Positions 50,469 through 59,676 of a stretch of 64,000 bases of DNA are shown in pieces. A model generated the notes under the pieces. It saw only the letters and a list, made by a program, of their open reading frames with translations, was not told the DNA's origin and made no database searches. Origin of the DNA: Planctomycetota bacterium (lineage in GTDB: Bacteria > Planctomycetota > UBA1135 > UBA2386). Both the position numbers and the translations under genes were made by a program. Positions within the stretch are counted from its first letter, which is position 1; every line of letters starts with the position of its first letter. The stretch spans positions 3,330 through 67,329 of the forward strand of contig JANPER010000150.1 of NCBI GenBank assembly GCA_031423015.1. Reading direction: 5' to 3'.

Positions 50469-50594
50469 GGTCGTTCCTTGCTCGATCTGCCCGCGGGCAG
50501 CCGAGTCGCCCACCATCGGCAACCGCCGTGTCAGCGTCAACCGACAGCCGCGCGTTCCCGGCGGCGAAGCTAGCCATAACCGGAGGGATGGCTC

Positions 50595-51494
50595 TTGAGC
50601 GTGCTGCGCGCGGTGGGGGGTGGTTGGCTTTCTGTGCACGCCCCCAGTCAGCCCAAGGCGATGTGGCTGTGGCTGCTGGAGCGCGGGTTTCGCGGCGTGC
50701 TTCCGAGCCCGGGCCCTCGGTCGGTCGATTGGCGCGCGTTGGCCGCGGCGCGCGACAGCCTGCCCGCGAGCATCGTGGCGGTTTCCGTGGGCGGCACCAC
50801 CACGCCGTTACGCGATCGGCCCGAGGGCGGGCTCGCTTCTGCGAACGAGAGCGACCGCAACTTGGCGTTTGCCGGCCTGCGCAACGCCGTCGACCTGGCG
50901 GTGGCGGTCGGAGTCACGCAGGTGATCTTCGAGCCAGGCTTGGTCCGCGTGCCCGGCGAGCCAGGGCCAACCGATCTCGCCGATTCAACCGTGGGCTGGA
51001 CGCGCGAGAAGGCCGCGGCCTGGGTGGCACGTCGCAATGCGGTGCGTGATCGCTCGCTGGACACCGCCTGTCGCTTCTTGCACAAGTTGTGCAAGTCGTT
51101 CCCTGACATGCAGTTTTGCCTCGTTGGCGGCGCGGACCTGCTGGCCTTGGGCGATCCCGCGGCGCTGGCTGCGATCTTCGCCGACCTGCGTGGCCTGCGT
51201 CTGGGCTACTGGCACGACGCCCCCGTGGCGGCGCGCCGCGAGGAGCTGCTCGGCGTGGCGCAAGGGGAGTGGCTGCACGCGTTCGCCGACCGCCTCGTGG
51301 GGATGACGGTCTCCGACAGCTGTGAGGGCAGCCTTTACGCTCTGCCCGGTTCTGGCAGGGTGGACTACCCCCTCCTGGGGTCCTACAAACTACGCCGTGC
51401 GCGGGCGCTGCCCGTCGTGCTCGAACTCGACGCCGGGATCGAGCCGACGGAGCTGCCAGGTGCGCTCGCTTTTCTCGACAAGTTCGGCCTCTAG
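50595..51494 (+). CDS. Hypothetical protein, possibly xylose-isomerase-like TIM barrel
   Basis: It is the only long ORF on this strand here. The resemblance is weak (AVDLAVAVGVTQVIFEPG; C-terminal LELDAGIEPTELPGALAFL). The start is uncertain: TTG at 50595 or ATG at 50661. Confidence 0.35.
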   Translation: MSVLRAVGGGWLSVHAPSQPKAMWLWLLERGFRGVLPSPGPRSVDWRALAAARDSLPASIVAVSVGGTTTPLRDRPEGGLASANESDRNLAFAGLRNAVDLAVAVGVTQVIFEPGLVRVPGEPGPTDLADSTVGWTREKAAAWVARRNAVRDRSLDTACRFLHKLCKSFPDMQFCLVGGADLLALGDPAALAAIFADLRGLRLGYWHDAPVAARREELLGVAQGEWLHAFADRLVGMTVSDSCEGSLYALPGSGRVDYPLLGSYKLRRARALPVVLELDAGIEPTELPGALAFLDKFGL

Positions 51495-51565
51495 ACGCGG
51501 CCTCCGCGTAGCCGATTTACTCCTGGTCCGACTAGGGCCCACGCCCACGAAGGGCTTTTCACCCG

Positions 51566-52633
51566 ATGGACGCCGCCGAAGGCGACATTCGCACTCAGTC
51601 ACCGATCCGGACGCAGTCTCTCGTTCGCACGCAAGCGCTGCTTGACCGGCTGCGCCCGTGCAAGCGCCTCTTGGTGTTGACGCACACCAACCCGGATCCC
51701 GACTCGATGGCCAGCGCCATGGGGCTGCGCCTGCTCGTCGATCGCAAGCTCGGCCTGCCGACGGACATCGCGTTGAGCGGCCGCGTGATGCGCGCCGAGA
51801 ATCGCGAACTCGTGCGCTCCGTCGACCTGCGCATGCTGCCGCAAGACAGCGTCGATTTGTCGCGCTACGACGCGTTTGCCGTGGTGGACACCCAGCCGGG
51901 GTTTGGGCATACGCGCATCCCCAAGGGAGTCGAGATCGACGTCGTCATCGATCATCACAAGCCGCCGCCGAACAACGGCCACAACGTGCCGCACTTCGAC
52001 GTGCGTACCGACGTCGGTGCCACCAGCACGATGGTGACGGACTACCTGATGAGCGCAGGCGTCGAGGTGACGCCAGATGTAGCGACGGCCTTGTTCTACG
52101 GCGTCAAGACCGATACCGCCGACCTGTCGCGCAACGCCAGCCCGCTCGACTTCGCCGCCTACGACTTCCTGCAGACGCGCGTCGACCGCGTGAAGCTCGC
52201 GCGCATCACCACGCCGGACGTGCCGATCGACTACTTTCGCGCGTTGCGGGCGGCGCTCAACAACGTCCGCTTCTACGACAGCGTGATCCTTTGCTCGCTT
52301 GGCCGAGTGGATGCCCCCGAGATGGTGGCCGAAGTGGCCGACCTGCTGCTGCGCATGGAGGGCAAGCGGTCGGTGTTCTGCGGCGGGCTGTCGGGCAAGA
52401 CCTACTACGTGTCCGTGCGCACCGACCTCGAGGATCGGGACGCCTATGACCTGATCCGTGGCGCCCTCGACGGCGTAGGTTCCTTCGGCGGACATGGCTC
52501 GGTGGCGGGGGGCTCGGTCGAGCTACCCGACGGCGACGCCCGCACGCTGAAGCGCCTCGAGCGTCGGTTGGAGAAGAACATCCAGCGCACCATGGGTGTC
52601 GACGACGTGACCGTGGGCACGCTGGGGGGCTAG
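51566..52633 (+). CDS. DHH/DHHA1-family phosphoesterase (NrnA-like)
   Basis: Motifs are LVLTHTNPDPDSMASA, AVVDTQP, VIDHHKPP and DHHA1 GGHGSVAGG. Confidence 0.8.
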   Translation: MDAAEGDIRTQSPIRTQSLVRTQALLDRLRPCKRLLVLTHTNPDPDSMASAMGLRLLVDRKLGLPTDIALSGRVMRAENRELVRSVDLRMLPQDSVDLSRYDAFAVVDTQPGFGHTRIPKGVEIDVVIDHHKPPPNNGHNVPHFDVRTDVGATSTMVTDYLMSAGVEVTPDVATALFYGVKTDTADLSRNASPLDFAAYDFLQTRVDRVKLARITTPDVPIDYFRALRAALNNVRFYDSVILCSLGRVDAPEMVAEVADLLLRMEGKRSVFCGGLSGKTYYVSVRTDLEDRDAYDLIRGALDGVGSFGGHGSVAGGSVELPDGDARTLKRLERRLEKNIQRTMGVDDVTVGTLGG

Positions 52634-52740
52634 GCGCGGTCCGTCGCTTGGCTGCGCTTGGCCCTGACGCGCGGAATTGGCGCTGCCGTCAGGCCCTGGC
52701 ACCGGATCGCCGAGAAACCGGTTTCCGCACCAGCAGCGTC

Positions 52741-52769
52741 TTGACTCGTCCAGAACACGCCTCTACTAG
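52741..52769 (+). promoter_or_regulatory. Sigma70-like promoter candidate for tRNA-Gly
   Basis: TTGACT (52741-52746), a 17-nt spacer, then TACTAG (52764-52769). It lies ~18 nt upstream of the tRNA 5' end. Confidence 0.4.
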
Positions 52770-52786
52770 TGTCCGTCCTCAACGGC

Positions 52787-52861
52787 GCGGGTGTAGCTCA
52801 GTGGTAGAGCATCACGTTGCCAACGTGAGGGTCGTGAGTTCGAGCCACATCACCCGCTCCA
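52787..52861 (+). tRNA. tRNA-Gly (anticodon GCC), CCA encoded
   Basis: Hand-folded. The acceptor stem is GCGGGTG/CACCCGC, the D arm GCTC-AGTGGTA-GAGC and the anticodon arm TCACG-TTGCCAA-CGTGA. The variable region is GGGTC. The T arm GTGAG-TTCGAGC-CACAT has one A-A mismatch and one G-T pair. The discriminator is T, followed by CCA. Confidence 0.85.
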
Positions 52862-52870
52862 AAATGTGAC

Positions 52871-52892
52871 GCGAGCCCCGGAAGGGGCTCGC
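52871..52892. terminator. GC-rich hairpin between the convergent tRNA-Gly and LOG genes (possible bidirectional terminator)
   Basis: GCGAGCCCC-ggaa-GGGGCTCGC forms a 9-bp stem with a GGAA loop. Only a weak T tract follows (gtcgtttc). Confidence 0.45.
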
Positions 52893-52933
52893 GTCGTTTC
52901 AGGGGCTGCGGCGCTCGCCGCGGAGTGTCTGGC

Positions 52934-53815
52934 TCAGTGGCCGCGCGGCAAGACGGGCGGCGGCTTGTCGCGGTAGTAGTCGCGGATCAGGTCCCAGGTT
53001 TCCTGCGCTGACTCGGCGTACGAGATCAACTCGAGGTCCTCGGGCGAGATCGTGCCTTCGTCGACGAACACGTGCCAATGCACGAGCTGGTCCCAGTAGG
53101 CCTTCCCGAACAGGATGATCGGGATGCGGTCCATGCGCTTGGTTTGGATGAGCGTCAGGGTCTCGAACAGCTCGTCCATGGTGCCGTAGCCGCCGGGGAA
53201 CGCGACCATGGCCTTCGCCCGCATCAAGAAGTGCATCTTGCGGATGGCGAAGTACTTGAACTCGAAACACAGCTCGGGGCTGATGTACGAGTTGGGCTCC
53301 TGCTCGAACGGCAGCGTGATGTTGAGCCCGATGCTCTTGGCGTCGACGTCGTAGGCGCCGCGGTTGGCAGCCTCCATGATGCCCGGGCCGCCGCCGGTGC
53401 AGACGACGTACTCGTGGCGTCCGCCCTGCGTGCTCACCAACTGGGCGAAGTGGCGCGCCTCGTCGTAGTAGTGGCACTTGGCCAGCAGCCGCTCGGCGAT
53501 GCGGAGGTCGCGCTGCCGGATCGGGTCTCCTGGCGCCTCGGCAAGGGCGTGGCGCGCTGCGGCAACCTTGGCGTCGGCGTCCTTACGTTCGATGATGCGC
53601 GTGCCGCCAAACACGACGATGGTCGAGTGGATGTCGTGCTCTTTCAGCGTCAACTCGGGCTTCAGGAGTTCGAGCTGCAGGCGTACGGGGCGAAGTTCGA
53701 CGCGGCCCATGAAGTCCGGGTCGACGTGTGCCTGTCGGTACGACTGTGACTCCTTCATGGCCTTGACCCGCGCGGCGCGGTCCCCGTTGGTGTCACGTTT
53801 GTGAGGTCGAGTCAT
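52934..53815 (-). CDS. LOG/TIGR00730-family Rossmann protein (nucleotide 5'-monophosphate nucleosidase, PpnN-like)
   Basis: ATG at 53815. Motifs are VVFGGTRI, TGGGPGIMEAANRGA and FPGGYGTMDELFE. Confidence 0.75.
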   Translation of the reverse strand: MTRPHKRDTNGDRAARVKAMKESQSYRQAHVDPDFMGRVELRPVRLQLELLKPELTLKEHDIHSTIVVFGGTRIIERKDADAKVAAARHALAEAPGDPIRQRDLRIAERLLAKCHYYDEARHFAQLVSTQGGRHEYVVCTGGGPGIMEAANRGAYDVDAKSIGLNITLPFEQEPNSYISPELCFEFKYFAIRKMHFLMRAKAMVAFPGGYGTMDELFETLTLIQTKRMDRIPIILFGKAYWDQLVHWHVFVDEGTISPEDLELISYAESAQETWDLIRDYYRDKPPPVLPRGH

Positions 53816-54045
53816 TGCGTGTGCGTGAGCGCTGCCGAGCGACGAGGGTCGCGGATAGGTGCTATCGACCGATTCTCGAGCCGGCGTTGAACTGCCAGCG
53901 CGAGCGGGCGGTCGAAGCCGCACTCGCATGGTGCCGACTGGTAGGCCGCGATTCACCTGCGTCCCGGGAAGATGTTGATGCCTAGCGCCGCGGTTCCGGC
54001 GCCGCCGAGTTGCAGGGGCGAGCGTGCGGGTGGACCATCCGCGGC

Positions 54046-55221
54046 ATGCCGATGTCCACGTCAGCCGAGTTGCGCCCCGCGTGGCGTTCCGTGCCACGGC
54101 TGACGTATTGCGGCAACGTGCACGCGGCGGGGACGCTCGCGGAGTGGATCGACACCCTGCCGCGCTACGCGGCCCGCGTGGCCGAGCGAGTCGGCGCCGC
54201 ATCTGACTTCGAACTCGGCGTGTGGTGGCCAGTCGAGGTGGCACGTCAGTTGGCGCACGACGTCAGCGCCCAGATGCGCGCGCGGCAAGTGCTCGAGCGC
54301 CATCGCCTCCGCATTGGCACCGTGAACGCGTTCCCCTACGCAGGCTTCCACGATGCCGTGGTGAAGACTGCGGTGTACCGACCGGACTGGGCAGATCCGG
54401 CGCGCGTCGCGTTCACGCTCGACGTCGGGCGCGCCGCCTGCGCGCTGGCGGCGCCGGACACCGAGGTTGCCATCTCGACTCTGCCGCTCGGCTTCGGCGG
54501 CGGCGACCTCGTGGCGATGCGCCGGAACTTGGCGCATGTGGCGCGGACCTTCGCGGCGCTGGCCGAGCAGACCGGCGTGCGCTGTGTGTTGGCGTTGGAG
54601 CCCGAGCCTGTCTGTCTGGTGGAGACCGTCGCCGAGACGATCACGTGCATACGCGCCGTGCGAGCGGAGCATGGCGAGGACAGCGCGATCGTGGGTCACC
54701 TCGGCGCTTGCATCGACCTCTGTCATCTGGCGGTCGTTGGCGAGGATCCGCTCAGTGCCCTGCAAGCGCTGCGGACGGCTGGCATCGCCGTGCCGAAGGT
54801 GCAAGTCTCGGCGTGTTTGGAAGTGCGCGCGCCACAGGGCCTCGACCGCCTGTTGGCATACGACGAAGCGCGCTACTTGCATCAGACGGTAGCCGAGCTG
54901 TCGAGCGGAGTGCGCCTGCGCGCGCTCGACCTCGGCGAACTGCCGGCGCGTCGGGGCGAGTTCGAAAAAGCGCAGCGGGTGCGCACGCACTTTCACGTGC
55001 CGCTGTTTTGGGATGAGACCGGCAGCTTTGGCTCGACCCGCGCTGAGGTGGAGCGTTTTCTTGCTGGGCTGACCCCGCCGTTTCCGCTGCTGGAGGCCGA
55101 GACATACACCTGGAGCGTGTTGCCGGGGTTCGCGGGCGGCGACGACGCGGTCGTGACGGGCCTCGCGCAGGAGCTGACTTTCGTGCGAGAGTGTCTCGCT
55201 CGCGCCGGCTCTTGGTCGTAG
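54046..55221 (+). CDS. Xylose-isomerase-like TIM-barrel protein (sugar phosphate isomerase/epimerase family; possibly EboE-like)
   Basis: ATG at 54046. The pattern YCGNVHAG ... NAFPYAGFHDAVVKTAVYRPDW ... LEPEP ... HFHVP resembles my recollection of EboE-type proteins. No other ebo genes are nearby. Confidence 0.5.
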   Translation: MPMSTSAELRPAWRSVPRLTYCGNVHAAGTLAEWIDTLPRYAARVAERVGAASDFELGVWWPVEVARQLAHDVSAQMRARQVLERHRLRIGTVNAFPYAGFHDAVVKTAVYRPDWADPARVAFTLDVGRAACALAAPDTEVAISTLPLGFGGGDLVAMRRNLAHVARTFAALAEQTGVRCVLALEPEPVCLVETVAETITCIRAVRAEHGEDSAIVGHLGACIDLCHLAVVGEDPLSALQALRTAGIAVPKVQVSACLEVRAPQGLDRLLAYDEARYLHQTVAELSSGVRLRALDLGELPARRGEFEKAQRVRTHFHVPLFWDETGSFGSTRAEVERFLAGLTPPFPLLEAETYTWSVLPGFAGGDDAVVTGLAQELTFVRECLARAGSWS

Positions 55222-55243
55222 ACAGGGGACCTTGGCTCCTCCC

Positions 55244-55909
55244 ATGATCTCGGTGCGCAACCTCGTCAAGACCTATCGCCGCGGTCCGGAACGGGTCGTC
55301 GCTTGTCAGGTCGATGCACTCGATGTCGCCGTCGGCGAGCAAGTCGCGCTCGTCGGCCGCTCCGGCTCTGGCAAGTCGACGTTGCTCAACATCATTGCCG
55401 GAGTGCTGTTGCCTGATGCCGGCGATGTCGACGTCGATGGCGTCAAGGTGTGCACTCTCGGTGAGAGCGCGCGCGACCGCTTCCGCGGTCAGCGCATTGG
55501 CCTGGTGTTTCAGACGTTCAATCTGCTCCAGCCGTTCAGCGCCCTGGAGAACGTGCTGCTCGGTGCCGTGTTTGCGCGTGGCACGAATGCTGCCACCCAG
55601 GCGCGCGCGCAGAGCCTCTTGGAACGCGTCGGTCTGCGCGACCGGCTGCACCATCGGCCGTCCGAGCTGTCGGTGGGGCAAGCGCAGCGGGTGGCGCTGT
55701 GTCGGGCGTTGGTGAACGAGCCGAAGCTGATCCTGGCCGACGAGCCGCTCGGCAATCAGGACAAGGCCACGGGCCTCGAGGCGTTGGGGTTGCTCTTGGA
55801 GTTGGCCCGCGAACGCGGCAGCACGGTGGTGATGGTGACCCACGATCAAGACAGCGCGCGACTCATGCAACGCACCGTCGACTTGCACCAGCTGAGGCCC
55901 GCGTCATGA
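55244..55909 (+). CDS. ABC transporter ATP-binding protein (MacB/LolD-type)
   Basis: Walker A is GRSGSGKSTL, the Q-loop FQTFNL, the signature LSVGQAQRVALCRAL and Walker B LILADEP. Confidence 0.9.
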   Translation: MISVRNLVKTYRRGPERVVACQVDALDVAVGEQVALVGRSGSGKSTLLNIIAGVLLPDAGDVDVDGVKVCTLGESARDRFRGQRIGLVFQTFNLLQPFSALENVLLGAVFARGTNAATQARAQSLLERVGLRDRLHHRPSELSVGQAQRVALCRALVNEPKLILADEPLGNQDKATGLEALGLLLELARERGSTVVMVTHDQDSARLMQRTVDLHQLRPAS

Positions 55910-57258
55910 AGCTGTTCGCCATCAGCCTGCGCAACCTGCGCGTGCGGCGCGTCTCGACCGCGCTGACGACGCTGTCGATTTTGCTGGGCACCGCGTTGCT
56001 CGCGGCGCTGTGGTTGCTGATCGATCAAACCAACCGGCGCTACAACGCGAGCGCCGCGGGGTTCAAGGCGATCGTCGGCCCCAAGGAGGGGGCGCCGCTC
56101 GCGCTCGTGCTCAACACGGTCTACAACCTCGGCATCTCGCCGGGGATCGTGCCGGTCTCGGTCTACAAGGAGTTGCACGACCGGCGCGAACTGCGCTACG
56201 CGATCCCGCAGGCGCGCGGCGACACGTATCTGGGCTTCCCGGTCATCGGCACCACCGATGAGATGTTCAGCAAGTTCCGCCGCGGCGAGTACGGCGAGCT
56301 GAAGTTCGCGGCGGGCCGACCGTTCAAGTTGGGGCACGAGGAGTTCATGCAGGTCGCTGCCGACCTGGCCTCCGGCAAGATCAAGCCAGGGCACGCGCAC
56401 GACCATGCGCACGACCACGAGCACGATCACTCGGTTCCTGGGCACACGCACGACGACCCGTGGCACGAGGCCGTGATCGGGGCTGAAGTTGCACGCCGCG
56501 GCAAGCTGGGGATCGACGATTGGATCACGCCGGTGCATGGCGCCGAGAACGACCCCGACCCACACGTGCACGAAGAGAGCAAGTGCAAGATCGTGGGAGT
56601 GTTGGCGCCCACGCGCACGCCGCTCGATGCCTCGATCTTCATCCCGCTGTCGACGTTCTTGACGATGGACAGACACGACGACGCGGTGCGCCAAGCCAAT
56701 GGTGAGGCGCAGGTAGCGTTGTCGGCGATCATCGTCGACTCGATCGCGCATCTCGGCGCCAACTGGCTGCGCCGCGAGTTCCAGACGCGCGCCGATGCGC
56801 AGGTAGCGTGGACGACCTTCGAAGTGAGTGAGCTTCTGCGTCTGGTGGGTAACGCGACCGACGTGTTGCGCGTGGTGTCGTGGCTCGTGCTGTTGGTGGC
56901 GGCGGTCTCCATCGCCGTGGCCCTCTACAACACGATGAACGAACGGCGGCGTGAGATCGCGATCATGCGCGCGCTGGGTGCCCGTCGCGGTCAGATCCTT
57001 GCCATCATCCTCCTGGAGGCGGTGGTGATCGCGCTGATTGGCGGCGTCCTTGGTGTGCTTGCCTGCCACGTCGCGGCTTGGGGCCTTGCCGACGTGGTGC
57101 TGGACCGAACGGGGGTCTTCATCGACTGGGCAGCCTTCACGCGGCAGGAGCTGGGGCTTATCCTGGCGGTGGGTGTCCTCGGCGGACTGGCGGGCGCTTT
57201 GCCGGCGCTCAAAGGTTCGCGCACGCAGGTCGCCGACAACTTGGCACCGACTTCGTGA
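55906..57258 (+). CDS. FtsX/MacB-type ABC permease with His-rich periplasmic insert
   Basis: The ATG overlaps the ATPase stop (ATGA). There is an N-terminal TM helix, a large extracytoplasmic domain and a C-terminal FtsX 3-TM bundle (EIAIMRALGARRGQI). The His-rich stretch GHAHDHAHDHEHDHSVPGHTHDDPWHE lies at nt 56389-56469. Confidence 0.85.
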   Translation: MKLFAISLRNLRVRRVSTALTTLSILLGTALLAALWLLIDQTNRRYNASAAGFKAIVGPKEGAPLALVLNTVYNLGISPGIVPVSVYKELHDRRELRYAIPQARGDTYLGFPVIGTTDEMFSKFRRGEYGELKFAAGRPFKLGHEEFMQVAADLASGKIKPGHAHDHAHDHEHDHSVPGHTHDDPWHEAVIGAEVARRGKLGIDDWITPVHGAENDPDPHVHEESKCKIVGVLAPTRTPLDASIFIPLSTFLTMDRHDDAVRQANGEAQVALSAIIVDSIAHLGANWLRREFQTRADAQVAWTTFEVSELLRLVGNATDVLRVVSWLVLLVAAVSIAVALYNTMNERRREIAIMRALGARRGQILAIILLEAVVIALIGGVLGVLACHVAAWGLADVVLDRTGVFIDWAAFTRQELGLILAVGVLGGLAGALPALKGSRTQVADNLAPTS

Positions 57259-57266
57259 GACTACGT

Positions 57267-58043
57267 ATGCGATTCTCCAGTGTGACCGTCCTTCTCCTCT
57301 TCGCGGGCCTGCTGCCGAGTCAGGCGCCAGTGAACGGCGGCCAGACCGGACCGATCGTGCCGGTGCCCAAGAAGCCGGCGACCGGGGAGACCAAGCCTGG
57401 GGACGCGGCGACGCCGGCGAAGCCCCCGACCGCCAACCCCGCTGACCCGAACTCGAGGGACGACAAGGCCAAGCCCGTCGCGCCCGCCAAGGTGGAGGCC
57501 GGCAAGCCGAAGCCGGCCAACGAGGTAGAGGAAGACGACGAAGCGCTGCCGGCTCCTGCTCAGTTGCCGAAGTCTGCCGACCCCGCCGACATCGCGGCGA
57601 TGCAGAGTGCGCAGAACATGATCCGAGCGGAGGCGCGGCTGAAGCGTTTGCTCGAGAAGGGCGCCATCCCCGGCATCGAGAAGATCCTGACCTTCGAGGA
57701 GATCTCGAGCTGGCCGTATCAGGATGGGCTCAAGGGGATGCCCGAGCCGGTCAAGAAAATGGACGGCAAGACGGTCTTGATGACCGGCTTCATGCTGCCG
57801 ATCGACGAGGTCGAGAACATCAAGGAGTTCCTGCTCGTGCAGTCGATGTGGTCGTGCTGCTTTGGCCAGCCACCGGACATCAACGGCATCGTCCGTGTCG
57901 TGATGAAGGGCGACAAGCGCATCAACTTCAAGTACGACCCGATCAAGGTCACCGGCCAGTTCAAGGTCGTGGCGGCCTACGAAGACGGCTACTGCATCGA
58001 CATCTACCAGTTGCACGCCGACGAGGTCGACGTCATCAAGTAG
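57267..58043 (+). CDS. DUF3299-domain periplasmic protein with Pro/Lys/Ala-rich N-terminal linker
   Basis: ATG at 57267. The signal is MRFSSVTVLLLFAGLLPSQA. The DUF3299 core is KMDGKTVLMTGFMLPIDEVENIKEFLLVQSMWSCCFGQPPDINGIVRV. Confidence 0.7.
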   Translation: MRFSSVTVLLLFAGLLPSQAPVNGGQTGPIVPVPKKPATGETKPGDAATPAKPPTANPADPNSRDDKAKPVAPAKVEAGKPKPANEVEEDDEALPAPAQLPKSADPADIAAMQSAQNMIRAEARLKRLLEKGAIPGIEKILTFEEISSWPYQDGLKGMPEPVKKMDGKTVLMTGFMLPIDEVENIKEFLLVQSMWSCCFGQPPDINGIVRVVMKGDKRINFKYDPIKVTGQFKVVAAYEDGYCIDIYQLHADEVDVIK

Positions 58044-58233
58044 GTCTGGTCAAGTAGGTCTGGGTTGTGCCGTTGGCCCGCGGCTCGTGCGGGCTCCGTC
58101 GGTCCACCCGACTTGCAGCCCAAGGCGGGATCCGCATCGTCGCCTTGCCACCAGCCTGTCGGGTTTTCCGACGGTCCGTCGCAGAAGCGACTGAAGCTCG
58201 GGGGGGGCTTCGCGCCGATAACAAGGATGTCGC

Positions 58234-59676
58234 ATGGACATCCCCGTACCGAGACTCCGTCTGCGCCAGTTTCCGCTGGGCTATCGCTTGCTGGCCGTGA
58301 TGCTTGGCGCCGCTGTGGTGGTGGCGCTCCTGGTCACGCTGGAGGTCGCGGACCGCAACGCGCGCGAGCACCGTGGGGCCGCACAGCTCGACGCGGAGCG
58401 TTGCGCGCTACAGCTCGCCGAGCGTGCCGCGCAGCACCTTTCGGTGGAAGACGATCTCCGCCTTGCGCTCATCGCGACCGCCGCCAAGGACGTGCTTGGT
58501 GCGGCAGCGCGTGTCCGCGTCGTCGATGCACGCGGCCACTTGCGTTTCGATAGCTCCGTGCTTGACGGTCACGACACAGTCGCGTCGCGCGATGGCGAGG
58601 TAGCGCTGAGTTCCACGGTGACGCGTCCCTGCGTCGTCGAAGGCCGCACGGTGGGCGAGGTCCGCATTTCGCGCGCCGTGGCACCGACACTCGCGAGCTT
58701 CGCGTGGGGCCTGTTCGGGCTAGTGTTCCTCACCAGTCTGAGTCTCGTATGTTTGGCGGTCGCCGCGTGTCACCATTGGTTGGCGCGGGTTGCCGAAGTC
58801 ACCGAAACCGCGCGCCGATTGGCGAAGGGCGACCTCACCGGTCAATCCGGATCTGCCGCGCCAGGCGTGCTTGGCGAGTTGCAGAATGCGCTCGCAGAGG
58901 TTGCCGAAGCCATGCAGAACGGGGTCGATGGTGTGCGCGAGAGCGTCATCGAACTCGGCCTGGCGCTGGTCGATCAAGTCGAGCGCCGCGACCAGACTGC
59001 ACCGGGTCACTGTGAGCGCACGGCGAAGTACTCCGCGTTGCTCGCGGGACGGCTGTCGATGTGTGACGAGGACTGTCGCGATCTCGAGCTCGCGGCGCGC
59101 TTGCACGACGTGGGCAAGGTCGCGATTCGTCCCGCCCTGCTCGACAAGAGGGGGCCGCTGTCCGAGGAGGAGCGCGCCACGCTGCGGCAGCACCCAGACC
59201 GTGGCGCGAGCTTCTTTGCCGGCGTGCCGCGCTTGCAGCTCGTTGCCCAGATCATCCGACACCATCACGAGAAGTACGATGGCACCGGCTACCCCGAGGG
59301 CCTCCGCGGCGACCGCATCCCGTTGGGCGCCCGCATCCTCGCCATCACCGACGCGTACGACGTGCTGACCAGTCGGGGCATCAATGGCAACCCGCTGGCT
59401 TGGTCGCAGGCGATCGAGCGTATGCGGGCCGACCGCGGCGAGCATTTCGATCCTTGGTTGTTCGACCTGTTCGTGGCGGCAATCGAGGCGACGCCAATGC
59501 CCGATCAGCCGGTTCGGATGTTGGTGATCTCGCCGCAGGGCGTGGTGCCCTACAAGGTGACCGAGCCGACGCCCTTCGAGCGTGAACTCGACGCGTGCCT
59601 CGACGAGGAAGAGGTCTTGGAAGCCGCGTCGCAGGATCTGGAGGTGATGCACGACGATCGGGAGGCGCGCGAGTGA
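58234..59676 (+). CDS. Membrane sensor HD-GYP phosphodiesterase (TM-sensor-TM-HAMP-HD-GYP)
   Basis: There are two TM segments and a HAMP-like region (ETARRLAKGDLTGQ). The HD-GYP motifs are intact: HCERTAKY, LHDVGKVAI and HHEKYDGTGYPEGL. Confidence 0.85.
   Translation: MDIPVPRLRLRQFPLGYRLLAVMLGAAVVVALLVTLEVADRNAREHRGAAQLDAERCALQLAERAAQHLSVEDDLRLALIATAAKDVLGAAARVRVVDARGHLRFDSSVLDGHDTVASRDGEVALSSTVTRPCVVEGRTVGEVRISRAVAPTLASFAWGLFGLVFLTSLSLVCLAVAACHHWLARVAEVTETARRLAKGDLTGQSGSAAPGVLGELQNALAEVAEAMQNGVDGVRESVIELGLALVDQVERRDQTAPGHCERTAKYSALLAGRLSMCDEDCRDLELAARLHDVGKVAIRPALLDKRGPLSEEERATLRQHPDRGASFFAGVPRLQLVAQIIRHHHEKYDGTGYPEGLRGDRIPLGARILAITDAYDVLTSRGINGNPLAWSQAIERMRADRGEHFDPWLFDLFVAAIEATPMPDQPVRMLVISPQGVVPYKVTEPTPFERELDACLDEEEVLEAASQDLEVMHDDREARE

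Noticed and set aside
52787-54000. Genomic island or integrase next to tRNA-Gly
   Set aside because: The gene downstream of the tRNA is a housekeeping-type LOG-family gene on the opposite strand. No integrase, direct repeat of the tRNA 3' end or compositional shift was seen.
58036-58063. Perfect 14-bp tandem duplication TCAAGTAGGTCTGG x2 including the DUF3299 stop codon
   Set aside because: It is too short to infer function and is most simply a slipped-strand duplication at the gene end. It is noted only because it adds a second TAG in another frame.
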